64,000 nucleotides of DNA from an uncultured Chloroflexia bacterium. Lineage in GTDB: Bacteria; Chloroflexota; Limnocylindria; Limnocylindrales; CSP1-4. The notes beneath the pieces were generated by a model that was not told the origin of the DNA, did no database searches, and worked only from the letters and a program-made list of their open reading frames with translations. Location: contig CAVYBU010000025.1 in NCBI GenBank assembly GCA_963766735.1, forward strand, positions 67,227-131,226, read 5' to 3'. Below, one piece after another: positions 1 through 10,528 of the stretch. Both the position numbers and the translations under genes were made by a program. Within the stretch, counting starts at the first letter, position 1, and every line of letters begins with the position of its first letter.

Positions 1-1
1 C

Positions 2-292
2 CGGGCGGAGTACGGCGACACGATCCACCTGACCGGTGGCCTGTCCAACGTCTCGTTCGGCATGCCGGAGCGGCGCCTGCTCAACGACACGTTCATCGAC
101 CTCGCGGCCGCGGCCGGCATCGACAGCGGGATCATCGATCCCGTGGCATCGGACCTCTCGCGGGTGTTCGGCGCCGACCGCGACAGCGAGCCGTACAGGC
201 TGGCGGCGGACATGCTGCTGGGTCGCGACCCGTTCGGCGGCGAGTACGTGGCCGCGTTCCGGGCGGGGCGGCTGGGCGGTGGCGAGGCGTAG
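2..292 (+). CDS. C-terminal part of pterin-binding methyltetrahydrofolate:corrinoid methyltransferase (AcsE/MetH pterin-binding family), truncated by window start
   Basis: Frame from nt 2 reads RAEYGDTIHLTGGLSNVSFGMPERRLLNDTF...GIDSGIIDP...YVAAFRAGRL; GLSNxSFG is the family signature. Confidence 0.85.
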   Translation, partial: RAEYGDTIHLTGGLSNVSFGMPERRLLNDTFIDLAAAAGIDSGIIDPVASDLSRVFGADRDSEPYRLAADMLLGRDPFGGEYVAAFRAGRLGGGEA

Positions 293-330
293 CTGAAGGA
301 GGCGTCGCTGAAGGAGGGTGGGAGCCCCTT

Positions 331-1084
331 TCAGCCGGCGGCGGCCTCCACTGGCACCGCCTTCACCACGCCGTCGTCGTAGCTCATGGCCAGGCGCTCG
401 CCGGGCTGCAGCGTGAGCATGTCGTCGTCCCAGTCGCCGTCGATCAGCCGGCGCACCAGGATCATGTTGCCCTCGATGCGCTCGAAGGCCCATCCCCGCC
501 GCTCGGCCTGGTCGCGCGCCACCGCCTCGGAGCCCGTGTCGTCGGCGACGCCCATGGAGACGAACGCCGCGCGCCCGTAGTGGACCTGCCACGCGCCGAG
601 CACCTCCATGAGGTAGTCCGCGTTGTCCTCGCCGTACTTCGCCACGTACTCCGCGCGGGTCGCCTCCATCTGGGCGTCGGTGTCGCTGCCGACGCCGAAG
701 TTGCCGATGCTGGCCCGGTAGCCGTCGCTCCGCTCCAGCTGGTCCGCCACGTACCAGTAGGTGGCCGGGCCGCTGGTCTCGGCCGTGTACCGCTCGCGGG
801 CGCCGAGGAACAGCGTGATGCAGTCGTGGGCCCGGGGCAGGATCACCGGCATGTCGCGGGCCTCGAGCCCGGCCGTCGCCCCACCGCACAGCCCGTAGCC
901 CAGGACGATGGCGTCGTGGTCGGGCCCGTGCGTCGATCGCCTCCTGGAGCGTGGCGCGCAGGTCCGGCGGCTCGTTGTGCAGGCCGCGCTCGAACAGCGT
1001 CACGTCCACGACGTGGGGCGACCGGGCGGCGCACAGGTAGACCGGGCGCGCGAGGATGTCGCAGGCGATGACGTGGAGGCGCAT
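331..1084 (-). CDS. DUF1638 domain protein (corrinoid methyltransferase-associated), frameshift near 925
   Basis: MRLHVIACDILARPVY...FERGLHNEP joins AIVLGYGLCGG...ILPRAHDCITLFLG across one frameshift. Confidence 0.8.
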
Positions 1085-1171
1085 CAGGCGGAGGCGAGCT
1101 GCATCGCGTGATGCTACCGGGCCGAGGTCATGTACGGGTGAAGCAGCCGCGCCAGCCCTCGCGCTGGTGAC

Positions 1172-2338
1172 TCAGCCCCGCAGCGGGTACCGCCCGAACT
1201 CCTCGACCGCGTCCACCATCGCCAGCACGTTCTCCGGCGGCACGTCGCCCATGACCGTGTGCACGGCGCCCAGCATGTAGCCACCGCCCGCGCCCAGCGT
1301 CCCGATCACCCGCCTGCACCTCGGCACGCACCTCGTCCGGCGTCCCGTGCGGCAGCACGTGGTGGGTGTCCATCCCGCCGCAGAACACCAGGTTGTCCCC
1401 GAACCTCCGCTTGAGCCCGGCGAAGTCGCTCATGCCGCCGGCCGACGCCTGGACGGGGTTGAGGACGTCCACCCCGATCTCGATGAAGTCGCCCAGCAGG
1501 TCGTAGACGTCGCCGTCGGTGTGGAACACGATCGGCGCCTTCGTCCGCTCCCGGATGAAGGCGATCAGGTCCGCGTGGATCGGCTTGAGCATCCGCCGGT
1601 ACATCGCGGGCGACATGAGGAGCCCCACCTGGGACCCCAGGTCGTCGCCGATCTTGACCATGTCGATGAGGTCGCCGCACTCGCGCAGGAAGCCGTCCAT
1701 CAGCCCCTTGCACAGCGACTGCGTCTTCCACAGGAGCGCCTCCGCGAACTCCGGCTCACCCGCCAGGTTGGCGAGGAAGTTGTCCGTCCCCTGCATGGCA
1801 AACGCGCGCTCCAGCGGGAACGCGAGCCAGGGCGTGCCCATCGAGGCGTAGACGTTCTCGTCGCGCAGGCGTCTGGGCCTCCGCCCGGACGCCCTCGTAC
1901 CGGGTGGGGTCCGTCATGTCCGGCCACGGGTGGGCCTCGATCTCGGGGAGCGTGTACGCATCGGCGAGCGGATGGATCCCCGGGAACCATTCGCCCGGGC
2001 CGCTCTCGAGGTGGCCGCTGCCCCAGTCGTCGATGTACGGGGAGTGGGGCTCCCGGGCTGGCATTCCGCTCCCGGACCGCGGCCGGGAAGCGGTCCTCCA
2101 CGCCGCGGACGTCGGCATGGAGGCGCCGGTAGGTCGTCTCGTCCGGCCTGGCCGTGCCGAGCTCGGGCCACTCGTAGATGTACTCGTCCGGCGCCTCGAT
2201 GCCCTCCAGGGCCTTGATGGCGCGGTAGGTGGACATCTTGATGCCCGTCGCGTTGCTCGGGCCCAGCACGATCGGCACGCGGTCAGGGGTCTCGTGGGCA
2301 AGCGTCGCGAGCACGCGCTCGCGGGGCGTCATCGGCAT
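1172..2338 (-). CDS. Uroporphyrinogen decarboxylase / MtaA-CmuA-like methyltransferase family protein, several frameshifts
   Basis: MTPRERVLATLAHETPDRVP N-terminus, YIDDWG, GDDLGSQVGLLMSP, FHTDG, FCGGMDTHHVLPHGT, C-terminal GYMLGAVHTV...PPENVLAM, spread over three frames. Confidence 0.85.
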
Positions 2339-2453
2339 CGGGCCCCCAGTCGCCGGACTCGACGCCGGCCTGTCGCGCCAGCCTATCGCGTCGGCCGTGG
2401 TAGCGTCCGCTCATCGGCGTCGCGTCCACGGCGCCCACGCAGGGAGGCGCACG

Positions 2454-2858
2454 ATGCCAGGCAGCGGCACCCGCGAGGACCCCTGGGCGTTGGTCACGGC
2501 GAACGGAGGGTCGGCCTACTCGATGTGGCGCGACGAGGCAGCGGACCCGCCGGCCCTCGTCTGCCAGGTGGGCTCCACCCAGCTCCGCTACCACCTCCGA
2601 GCGATCGAGGACCTGCACGCCTGGCTGCGTGAGCAGGGCGATTGGGTCCCGCTCGGCGGTGCCGATGAGCAGAAGACGGCAGCGGACGGTTCCGTGGAAG
2701 CCTGGGCACGGTCCGACGACAACCCGGTCGACGGCTGGTACGGGCTCCGCAAGGGCTACCGGGGCCGGTTCGGCGCATATCTCCCGCCCCTGCTGGAGGA
2801 GCTTGGCCTCGTGGAGCTGGAACACAACCCGAAGAACAACCGGGTCCGCGCCCGGTAG
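2454..2858 (+). CDS. Conserved hypothetical protein (DUF6855-like)
   Basis: GGGAGG RBS then MPGSGTREDPW...GGADEQK...NPVDGWYGLRKGYRGRFG. Confidence 0.7.
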   Translation: MPGSGTREDPWALVTANGGSAYSMWRDEAADPPALVCQVGSTQLRYHLRAIEDLHAWLREQGDWVPLGGADEQKTAADGSVEAWARSDDNPVDGWYGLRKGYRGRFGAYLPPLLEELGLVELEHNPKNNRVRAR

Positions 2859-2908
2859 GGTCGGCGGCTTCTCAGGCAGCCATCAGCCGGTCAGGGCATT
2901 CTTAGCCG

Positions 2909-4051
2909 GTGACGAACCAGACATCCCCACGCCCCGAACCCGACGGATCCAGGCCCCGCACAACCGGCGAGCAGCTGCGCCCCGAGGCCGCTGGCGGGAC
3001 GTCTCGCCGGCTGGCCGTGACGGCGCTCGCGCTGTCCATCGCGGGCGTGGCCATCGCGGCATGGGCCGTGTTCGCCCCGGGGGCCGCGAACTGCCAGGCC
3101 GAAGCCTGGGACACGACGCCTGCGGCTGCGGATCTGCCGGCGGGCTGGTCGCTCGCCTCCAGCCAGTACGACGTCGCCCGCAAGTCCATGTCCCTGCTCG
3201 GTTCCCTGCCCGCCGACGAGACCGTGAGCCAGGCCGTGGTGTACGCCACCGTCACCTGCTACCAGCATGGTGCGGCAGACGCGGTCACCCGATCGGCCGA
3301 CGCGGCGACCGCAGCCGGTCAGTTCGTGACCGACCGTGACGACCTCGGCGACCAGGGGTTCAGCGCGGCGGACGACTCCGGCGCCACGTTCCTGCAGTTC
3401 CGTCACGACCGGCTGGTGGTGTACCTGGCGGCCTCCGGCGACGCGACCGCGACCGAGGTGGACCAGCTGGCATCGGCATTCGACCTGGCCCTGGGCGGCG
3501 ACGGCGGGGCCGTGGCGATCGGGACCCCCGGCGCGGCAAGCCCGGTGCCCAGCGACGACGTGGCGGCGGCCGGCCCGAGCGACGACATCCCGCCGGAGGT
3601 CGCCGTCCCGGAGCTGGAGGCCGTGTTGCCGACCGGGGTGGGCGACATCGTCATGACCGTGGACAGTGCAACCGGCAGCATGATGTTCGGCGAGGACCCG
3701 GTGAGCCGTGCGATCACGGCCGCCCTGCGCGCGGATGGACGCCAGCCCGACGATCTCGGCTTGGCACAGGCGTACGACGAGACATTCGAGTCCGATCTCG
3801 AGATCACGGCCATCGCCGTGGATGGCATGAGCGGCGACAAGGTCCGGCCGGTCGTCATGGAATCCTGGCTGGGGGCGACCGGCGCGGGCATCACCACGGA
3901 GACCGTCACCCTGGCCGGCACCGAGTTCACCCGCGTGGACTACGGCGACGACGGCGCCATGGACTACGTCACGACCAGGGGAGACGTGGTCTTCGTGATC
4001 AGTACCGCGGATCCGGTGCTCGCTGCGGAGGCCGCCGCAGCCCTGCCCTGA
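2909..4051 (+). CDS. Membrane-anchored exported acidic hypothetical protein
   Basis: 380-aa ORF with one N-terminal TM helix, two domains separated by a Pro/Ala/Ser linker, GC3-biased codons. Confidence 0.75.
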   Translation: MTNQTSPRPEPDGSRPRTTGEQLRPEAAGGTSRRLAVTALALSIAGVAIAAWAVFAPGAANCQAEAWDTTPAAADLPAGWSLASSQYDVARKSMSLLGSLPADETVSQAVVYATVTCYQHGAADAVTRSADAATAAGQFVTDRDDLGDQGFSAADDSGATFLQFRHDRLVVYLAASGDATATEVDQLASAFDLALGGDGGAVAIGTPGAASPVPSDDVAAAGPSDDIPPEVAVPELEAVLPTGVGDIVMTVDSATGSMMFGEDPVSRAITAALRADGRQPDDLGLAQAYDETFESDLEITAIAVDGMSGDKVRPVVMESWLGATGAGITTETVTLAGTEFTRVDYGDDGAMDYVTTRGDVVFVISTADPVLAAEAAAALP

Positions 4052-4069
4052 GGCCACCGGACGCAGCAC

Positions 4070-4118
4070 CCCCGGACCACCCCGGACCACCCGGAACCCC
4101 GGACCACCCCGGACGACC
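4070..4118. repeat. Intergenic imperfect tandem repeat of about 10 bp (CCCCGGACCA), about 5 copies
   Basis: ccccggacca ccccggacca cccggaa ccccggacca ccccggacga. Confidence 0.8.
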
Positions 4119-4210
4119 CAGCACCAGCCCTTTCGCCCCCAACGAGACGCGCGTATGCTCGTTGTCATAGGTGCGGTCGCCACCTCGGCTGCACGGATGG
4201 AGGGCCGATC

Positions 4211-4726
4211 ATGCGCGAGCCCCTGGTTGCATGGGCGGGTGACTGCCTCGTCCGCGGCAGCGTCGACCTGGAGGATGGGCGCCTCAGCGACCAGCTCAAC
4301 GAGCGGGAGCTGGTCACGTTCTTCGATGCCACGCTCGAGGCCCTGGAAGACGGCCACCGGGTCGCCATGGACGAGGTCGAGGTTGGCCGCGGCGAGTTGC
4401 ACGTGATCGAGGTCACGGGACGCCGTGGCGACCCAGGCCGCCGGCTGCGGACGGTCGAGGAGCACGTGACGCTCCACGTCGGTCCGTATACCGTGACCGG
4501 CAACCTCCATCGCCCGCCGAGCTCGCCCCCACTCGCCGCTCTCAGCCGCTGGGCGCGGTTCGTCCCGGTCACGGATGCCGTGGTCCAGGTCGCCGACTCG
4601 GGGACGAAATCCGAGCACCAGGTCGTGGTCCTCGTCAACCGCGCGCGGATCACGGCATCGGACGAGCTGGCCCCTGTCCCGATGGGAATCGACGAGCCAC
4701 GGGAGCCCGGGACCGCGATCTCCTAG
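4211..4726 (+). CDS. Hypothetical protein, possibly two tandem DUF6812-like domains
   Basis: GGAGG RBS; two similar halves: G...RLSDQLN...FFDATL and G.LHRP...FVPVTDAVV...LVNR. Confidence 0.6.
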   Translation: MREPLVAWAGDCLVRGSVDLEDGRLSDQLNERELVTFFDATLEALEDGHRVAMDEVEVGRGELHVIEVTGRRGDPGRRLRTVEEHVTLHVGPYTVTGNLHRPPSSPPLAALSRWARFVPVTDAVVQVADSGTKSEHQVVVLVNRARITASDELAPVPMGIDEPREPGTAIS

Positions 4727-4927
4727 GGGCGCGGTTCCGCTGCCGGCCCCGGCGGTGCGGGACCGGCGGTGGCACGTCAGCCTGCGACGCGGTGGCGGCG
4801 CAGACCTGCCGAGTCCACCTGACCCGGCGGTCTGTCGGCGAGTCAGGGCGGTGTTCGCCCCGCGTCCCGGTGAATGAGAGCCGTTCGGCACCTCTTGCCT
4901 GACCCGCGGACAGCGGAGGCTACCAGC

Positions 4928-7348
4928 ATGGCTGCAACCGTCCGGCCGGACGCGCGCGTCCCGGCCAGCCCGCCTCCCTCTGCCGCCTCGCTCCACGTCG
5001 AGGGCGTGGTCCAGGGCGTCGGCTTCCGCCCGTTCGTGTGGCGCCTGGCCACGGAGCTGGGCCTCGCCGGCCGGGTCCGGAATGCCGCCGGACGGGTCGA
5101 GATCGAGGCCGCGGGATCCCGTGAGGCGCTGGACGCCTTCGCGCGCCGCCTGCGCAGCGATGCGCCGCCGCGTGCCCGCGTGGAGCGGATCACGGTGCTG
5201 CCGCTGGATCCCGCGGTGGCCACCAGACTCCCGGCCGACTTTGTGATCGATGAGAGCACCGTCTCGTCGGCCGTGGACCGACTCTTCCCGCCGGACATCG
5301 CCACGTGCGACGACTGCCTGGCAGAGCTGTGGGACCCGGCCGATCGTCGCCACCGGTACCCGTTCACCAACTGCACCAACTGCGGCCCACGCGCCACGAT
5401 CATCGACGAGCTGCCATACGACCGCGCACAGACAACGATGCGGGCCTTCCCCCTGTGCCCGGCGTGCGAGGCCGAGTACCGCGACCCCGCGAACCGCCGG
5501 TTCCACGCCGAGCCGGTGGCCTGTCCCGCGTGCGGCCCGACCCTCGTCTGGCGTCTGACCGGCGCCCCCACCGCAACCGCCGGCGGTGAGGACGCGCTGG
5601 TCGCCGCGGCCTCGACCCTCCTGGGGGGCGGGATCGTCGCGGTCAAGGGGCTGGGTGGCTACCATCTCGCCTGCGATGCGACCGACGAGGAGGCGGTCCG
5701 CCGCCTGCGGGACCGGAAGCGCCGCTGGGCCAAGCCGTTCGCCGTCATGGTCCGGGACGCCGCAACGGCCGGGGCGCTGTGTCGCCTGGGAGCGCTGGAG
5801 CGGACGATCCTCGCCGGTCCAGCCCGGCCGATCGTCCTCCTCCGGGCCCGGCGCCACGGCCTCCCGAGGCTGGCGCCATCCGTGGCCGCGGGGAACCGCC
5901 GCCTGGGCGTCTTCCTGCCGTACACGCCGCTCCACCACCTGCTCCTCGAGGCGGTCGGACGGCCGCTCGTGCTCACGTCCGGCAACCTGACCGATGAGCC
6001 CCTCGCCACGGACGATGACGATGCGATGGTCCGGCTGGCCGGCCTCGCGGACGGCTTCCTCGCCCATGATCGCGAGATCCGGGCCCGGTACGACGACTCG
6101 GTGACGCGCGTGATCGCGGGGCGCGAGTCGGTGGTCCGTCGTGCGCGCGGCTACGCGCCGGAGCCGATGCCGCTGCCCGTGGCCGCGCCGGTTCCCCTGC
6201 TCGCCGTGGGTGCGGAGCTGAAGCACACGTTCACCCTGGCGCGGGGCGGCCGGGCGCACGTCGCGCCGCACAACGGGGACCTCGAGGACCTGGCCACCCA
6301 CCGGGCGTTCACCGACGGCCTGGCCCATCTCTCACGCCTGCTCGCCCTGGAGCCGGAGGTGGTCGTCCACGACCTGCACCCGGAGTACCTGTCCACGAAA
6401 TACGCCGTGGAGCGCTTCCCGGTCGCGAAGCGGATCGTCGTCCAGCACCACCATGCGCACGTCGCATCCTGCGCGGCCGAGCACGGCGTGACGGGGCGGT
6501 TCCTGGGCGTGGCCTACGACGGCCTGGGCATGGGCGACGACGGCACGCTCTGGGGTGGGGAGGTGTTCGACGCGGACCTTCGCGGGTACCGGCGGCTCGC
6601 CCGGTTCGGACGCGCGCCGCTCCCCGGTGGCGCGCTCGCGGTGAAGCGGCCGTACCGGATGGCGCTCGGCTACCTGCTCGGGGCGGAAGCCTTCGGCGAC
6701 GGCGCCCCCGGCATCGCCGCCGCAACGGATCTCGCGGACCCGGGGCACCCGGCGGCGGCCCTCCTGGCACGCCTGGACCCGCGCGAGACCGCCGTGGTCC
6801 GCCAACAGGTGGCCCGACGCCTGAACGCCCCGGTCGCCTCGTCCGCGGGCCGGCTGTTCGACGCGGTCGCGGCGCTCATCGGCATCCGCGACGTGGCCGA
6901 GTACGAGGCCCAGGCCGCGATCGACCTGGAGCTCGCGGCGGGAGAGCGGACCGCCCCGGCATTGCCGTACCGCCTGGACCGTTCCGACGGCCTTGTCGTC
7001 TACGATCCGCGGCCCACGCTGACGGCGCTGCTGGACGGGATCGAGGCCGGCCGCAGCTCCGGTGACCTCGCCGCCGCGTTCCAGGCCACGATCACGGAGG
7101 TGACCCGGGAGATCCTCGACGGCGCACGCGCCTTGACCGGGGCCACTACCGTGTGTCTCTCGGGCGGCGTGTTCCAGAACCGCCGCCTGGCAACGGTGTT
7201 GCTGAGGGATCTCGCCCGGGACGGCTTCCGGGTGTTCATCAACCGCCAGGTCCCCGTCAACGACGGGGGAGTGAGCTACGGGCAGGCCGCGGTGGCCGCG
7301 GCCCGGCTGGGATCCGGCGCGATGGGCGCGCCACACGAGGAGGGCTGA
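4928..7348 (+). CDS. hypF: Carbamoyltransferase HypF
   Basis: GVVQGVGFRPFV acylphosphatase motif, CxxC zinc fingers (CDDC/CTNC/CPAC), KGLGGYHLAC, HHHAH, LSGGVFQN, PVNDGG. Confidence 0.97.
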   Translation: MAATVRPDARVPASPPPSAASLHVEGVVQGVGFRPFVWRLATELGLAGRVRNAAGRVEIEAAGSREALDAFARRLRSDAPPRARVERITVLPLDPAVATRLPADFVIDESTVSSAVDRLFPPDIATCDDCLAELWDPADRRHRYPFTNCTNCGPRATIIDELPYDRAQTTMRAFPLCPACEAEYRDPANRRFHAEPVACPACGPTLVWRLTGAPTATAGGEDALVAAASTLLGGGIVAVKGLGGYHLACDATDEEAVRRLRDRKRRWAKPFAVMVRDAATAGALCRLGALERTILAGPARPIVLLRARRHGLPRLAPSVAAGNRRLGVFLPYTPLHHLLLEAVGRPLVLTSGNLTDEPLATDDDDAMVRLAGLADGFLAHDREIRARYDDSVTRVIAGRESVVRRARGYAPEPMPLPVAAPVPLLAVGAELKHTFTLARGGRAHVAPHNGDLEDLATHRAFTDGLAHLSRLLALEPEVVVHDLHPEYLSTKYAVERFPVAKRIVVQHHHAHVASCAAEHGVTGRFLGVAYDGLGMGDDGTLWGGEVFDADLRGYRRLARFGRAPLPGGALAVKRPYRMALGYLLGAEAFGDGAPGIAAATDLADPGHPAAALLARLDPRETAVVRQQVARRLNAPVASSAGRLFDAVAALIGIRDVAEYEAQAAIDLELAAGERTAPALPYRLDRSDGLVVYDPRPTLTALLDGIEAGRSSGDLAAAFQATITEVTREILDGARALTGATTVCLSGGVFQNRRLATVLLRDLARDGFRVFINRQVPVNDGGVSYGQAAVAAARLGSGAMGAPHEEG

Positions 7349-7352
7349 ACGG

Positions 7353-7703
7353 ATGTGTCTGGGGATCCCCGGCCGGATCACCGAGATCCGCGACGAGGCC
7401 GGGCTGGCCATGGGCAAGGTGGACTTCGGCGGCGTGCGCAAGGACGCCTGCCTCGCCTACCTGCCGGAGATCGCGCTCGGTGACTACGTCATCGTCCACG
7501 TTGGCTTCGCCATCTCGAAGGTGGACGAGGCGGAGGCGCTCAAGACCCTCGAGATCCTCGAGAGCATGGGGGTGATGGGGCCGGAGCTGATGACCCTGGG
7601 TCCCGGCATGGACGACCTGGCCATCGTCAGCGACGACGCGCCCGGCGCGCTGACCTTCAACCCGGACCTGCCGGCCTCGAGCATCGGGAGGCCGCCTGCG
7701 TGA
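7353..7703 (+). CDS. hypC: Hydrogenase maturation chaperone HypC
   Basis: MCLGIPG N-terminus, [10 protein letters not shown]. Confidence 0.97.
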   Translation: MCLGIPGRITEIRDEAGLAMGKVDFGGVRKDACLAYLPEIALGDYVIVHVGFAISKVDEAEALKTLEILESMGVMGPELMTLGPGMDDLAIVSDDAPGALTFNPDLPASSIGRPPA

Positions 7704-8854
7704 AGTACCTCGACGAGTACCGCGACCCCGTGCTCGCCAAGAAGCTCCTGGCCGAGATCCACCGGATCACCACCCGGCCGTGGACCATGATGGAGGTCTG
7801 CGGCGGCCAGACGCACACCATCGTCAAGCAGGGCATCGACGAGGCGCTCCCCGAGGGTGTCCGGATGATCCACGGCCCCGGCTGCCCCGTGTGCGTGACG
7901 CCCCTGGAGCAGGTGGACAAGGCGCTTGCCATCGCCGCCCGCCCGGATGTCATCTTCACCAGCTACGGCGACATGCTCCGCGTCCCCGGCTCATCCACGG
8001 ACCTGCTCGCCCTCAAGGCCCGTGGCGCCGACGTCCGGATCGTCTACAGCCCGCTCGACGCGCTCAAGATCGCCCTCGCGAACCCGGCCCGGCAGGTCGT
8101 GTTCTTCGCCGTCGGGTTCGAGACCACGGCGCCCGCGAACGCCATGGCGGTGGCCGAGGCCGCCCGCCGCGGCATCGACAACTTCAGCGTGCTGGTTTCG
8201 CACGTCCTGGTGCCGCCGGCGATGATCGCGCTCCTGGACTCGCCCACGAACCAGGTCCAGTCGTTCCTGGCCGCCGGCCACGTGTGCGCGATCATGGGCT
8301 GGACCGAGTACGAGCCGATCGCCGCGAAGTACAGGGTCCCGATCGTGGTCACCGGGTTCGAGCCGCTCGACCTGCTGGAGGGGATCCTGATGGCGATCCG
8401 CCAGCTCGAGGAGGGCCGGTTCGAGGTCGAGAACCAGTACACGCGAGCCGTGACCCGAGAGGGCGTGCCGCTTGCCCAGCAGCAGGTCCTGGCCGTGTTC
8501 GAGGTGGGCCCGCGCAAGTGGCGCGGCATCGGTGAGATCCCGGAGTCCGGCTACCGCCTCCGTCCGGAATACGCGCGGTTCGACGCGGAGCTGAGGTTCG
8601 ACGTCGGCGACATCCACACGAACGAGCACCCGGCCTGCATCGCCGGCGCCATCCTGACCGGCGACAGGACACCCCTCGACTGTGCCGCGTACGGGACCCT
8701 GTGCAACCCGCAGAAGCCCCTCGGCGCGCCGATGGTCAGCTCCGAGGGCACCTGCGCCGCGTTCTTCGCCGCGGGCCGCGGGCTCAACGCCGGCGGCGGG
8801 TTCACGGGCGCCATGCCGCTGGTGCAGGTCACCCCGTCGGAGGCCTCGAGGTGA
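7700..8854 (+). CDS. hypD: Hydrogenase formation protein HypD
   Basis: [29 protein letters not shown] motifs. Confidence 0.97.
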   Translation: MKYLDEYRDPVLAKKLLAEIHRITTRPWTMMEVCGGQTHTIVKQGIDEALPEGVRMIHGPGCPVCVTPLEQVDKALAIAARPDVIFTSYGDMLRVPGSSTDLLALKARGADVRIVYSPLDALKIALANPARQVVFFAVGFETTAPANAMAVAEAARRGIDNFSVLVSHVLVPPAMIALLDSPTNQVQSFLAAGHVCAIMGWTEYEPIAAKYRVPIVVTGFEPLDLLEGILMAIRQLEEGRFEVENQYTRAVTREGVPLAQQQVLAVFEVGPRKWRGIGEIPESGYRLRPEYARFDAELRFDVGDIHTNEHPACIAGAILTGDRTPLDCAAYGTLCNPQKPLGAPMVSSEGTCAAFFAAGRGLNAGGGFTGAMPLVQVTPSEASR

Positions 8855-9930
8855 CCGCGCCCGACCGGCCCATCGTCACCATCGACGCAAACGGAGTGGC
8901 CTGTCCGGCGCCCATCCCCGAGGATCAGCGCGTGATCCTGGGCCACGGGTCCGGCGGGCAGCTCTCGGCCGCCCTGTTCCGGGACCTGCTCGGGCCGGCC
9001 CTCGCGCCCGCCGCACCGGGCGGCGTCCTCAACGACGCGGCCATCGTGGAGATCGGTGGCCTGCGTCTCGCCTTCACCACGGACTCGTTCGTGGTGTCGC
9101 CCATCCGGTTCCCCGGTGGCGACATCGGCGAGCTGGCGGTGAACGGCACCATCAACGACCTGGCGATGATGGGCGCGATGCCCACCGCGATCAGCCTCGC
9201 CTACGTGATCGAGGAGGGCCTGCCGCTCGAGGAGCTGCGGCTGATCACGATGTCCGCCGCCGCGGCGGCCGCGAAGGCGGGCGCCCGCATCGTGACCGGC
9301 GACACCAAGGTGGTCGGGCGGGGTGCCGCGGACCGGCTGTTCGTCAACACCGCCGGGATCGGGTTGGTCGCCGACGGCGTGGCCCCCTCGGCGGACAGGG
9401 CCCGGCCGGGCGACGTCGTGATCCTGTCGGGCGAGATCGGCCTCCACGGCGTCGCGATCATGAGCGTCCGCGAGGGCCTGGAGTTCGAGGTGGAGATCGC
9501 GTCCGACACGCAGGCTCTCAATGGCCTCGTGGCCGCGATCACGGCCGTGGAGCCGGACGTCCGCGTGCTCCGGGACCCCACCCGCGGCGGGCTGTCGTCG
9601 GCGCTCAACGAGGTGGCGCAGGCCTCACGCGTTGGAATGGTGCTGGACGAGCCGTCGATCCCGGTCCCGGGACCCGTCCGTGCTGCCTGCGAGTTCCTCG
9701 GCCTCGATCCGCTCCACGTCGCCAACGAAGGCAAGCTCGTCGCGATCGTGCCGGCCGCATCGGCAGACGGAGTCCTGGCGGCGATGCGCGCGACGCCGGA
9801 GGGCGCCCTCGCGGCGCGCATCGGCGAGGTGGTCGCGGATCACCCGGGGATGGTCACCATCCGCACGATCGTGGGCAGCGAGCGGATCGTGGACATGCTG
9901 GTGGGGGAGCAGCTGCCCCGGATCTGCTGA
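8851..9930 (+). CDS. hypE: Hydrogenase expression/formation protein HypE
   Basis: [27 protein letters not shown]-terminal PRIC; GTG start overlaps the hypD stop. Confidence 0.97.
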   Translation: MTAPDRPIVTIDANGVACPAPIPEDQRVILGHGSGGQLSAALFRDLLGPALAPAAPGGVLNDAAIVEIGGLRLAFTTDSFVVSPIRFPGGDIGELAVNGTINDLAMMGAMPTAISLAYVIEEGLPLEELRLITMSAAAAAAKAGARIVTGDTKVVGRGAADRLFVNTAGIGLVADGVAPSADRARPGDVVILSGEIGLHGVAIMSVREGLEFEVEIASDTQALNGLVAAITAVEPDVRVLRDPTRGGLSSALNEVAQASRVGMVLDEPSIPVPGPVRAACEFLGLDPLHVANEGKLVAIVPAASADGVLAAMRATPEGALAARIGEVVADHPGMVTIRTIVGSERIVDMLVGEQLPRIC

Positions 9931-9972
9931 GGCAGGTTCGGCCCTGCAGGCGTCAGGCGCCGCCCACAGGCG

Positions 9973-10419
9973 TCAGGCGCCGCCGCTGTCCTCGCCCGGG
10001 GCGGCACGGCCGCCGGCACCGCGGCGCATCTCCCACAGCCGCGAGATCACGCGGCCGATCCCGTAGCCGGTCACGGTCGGCACCCCGAACCAGAACGTGG
10101 CGATGATCCCGGTGAACGGGTCCAGGGGCACCGGGTCGCTCAGGCCGAACGACAGAACGAGGATCACGATCATCCCCGTGATCGTGCCCAGGAACCCGAA
10201 CAGCAGGCCGGTCCAGCCGCGCGTCACGAGACCTGCCGCCACGCCCGATGCGAACAGAAGCATCGGCGAGATGCCGAACGCGGCCTGGGCGCACTTGGGC
10301 TCGAACCCCTGCGCTACGCAGTCCAGCATGTGGCCGAAGAACAACGCGAGCGGGCACGCGACGGCGACGATGGTGAAGGCGACAACGTCGCGCAGCCAGA
10401 TGTAGCGGTCGAGGTTCAA
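9973..10419 (-). CDS. Hypothetical 4-TM membrane protein
   Basis: GGAGGG RBS plus TTG start; four hydrophobic segments. Confidence 0.65.
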   Translation of the reverse strand: MNLDRYIWLRDVVAFTIVAVACPLALFFGHMLDCVAQGFEPKCAQAAFGISPMLLFASGVAAGLVTRGWTGLLFGFLGTITGMIVILVLSFGLSDPVPLDPFTGIIATFWFGVPTVTGYGIGRVISRLWEMRRGAGGRAAPGEDSGGA

Positions 10420-10528
10420 GCTGGTTCCCTCCGTACACCGACGATCATGCACGGAATGGGGGCGTCGCGCGACCCCCTTTCCGCAGCGGACGCAACTGCC
10501 GGGACAGATCAGCGCCGGGGTGCGGTCA

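Noticed and set aside
4727-4927. Possible NiCo or other riboswitch upstream of hypF
   Set aside because: GC-rich hairpins are present but I see no recognisable consensus; needs an Infernal/Rfam scan
2891-6328. 1145-aa minus-strand ORF and many other long overlapping ORFs
   Set aside because: Antisense shadows of real genes in high-GC DNA; Arg/Gly/Pro-rich with no motifs
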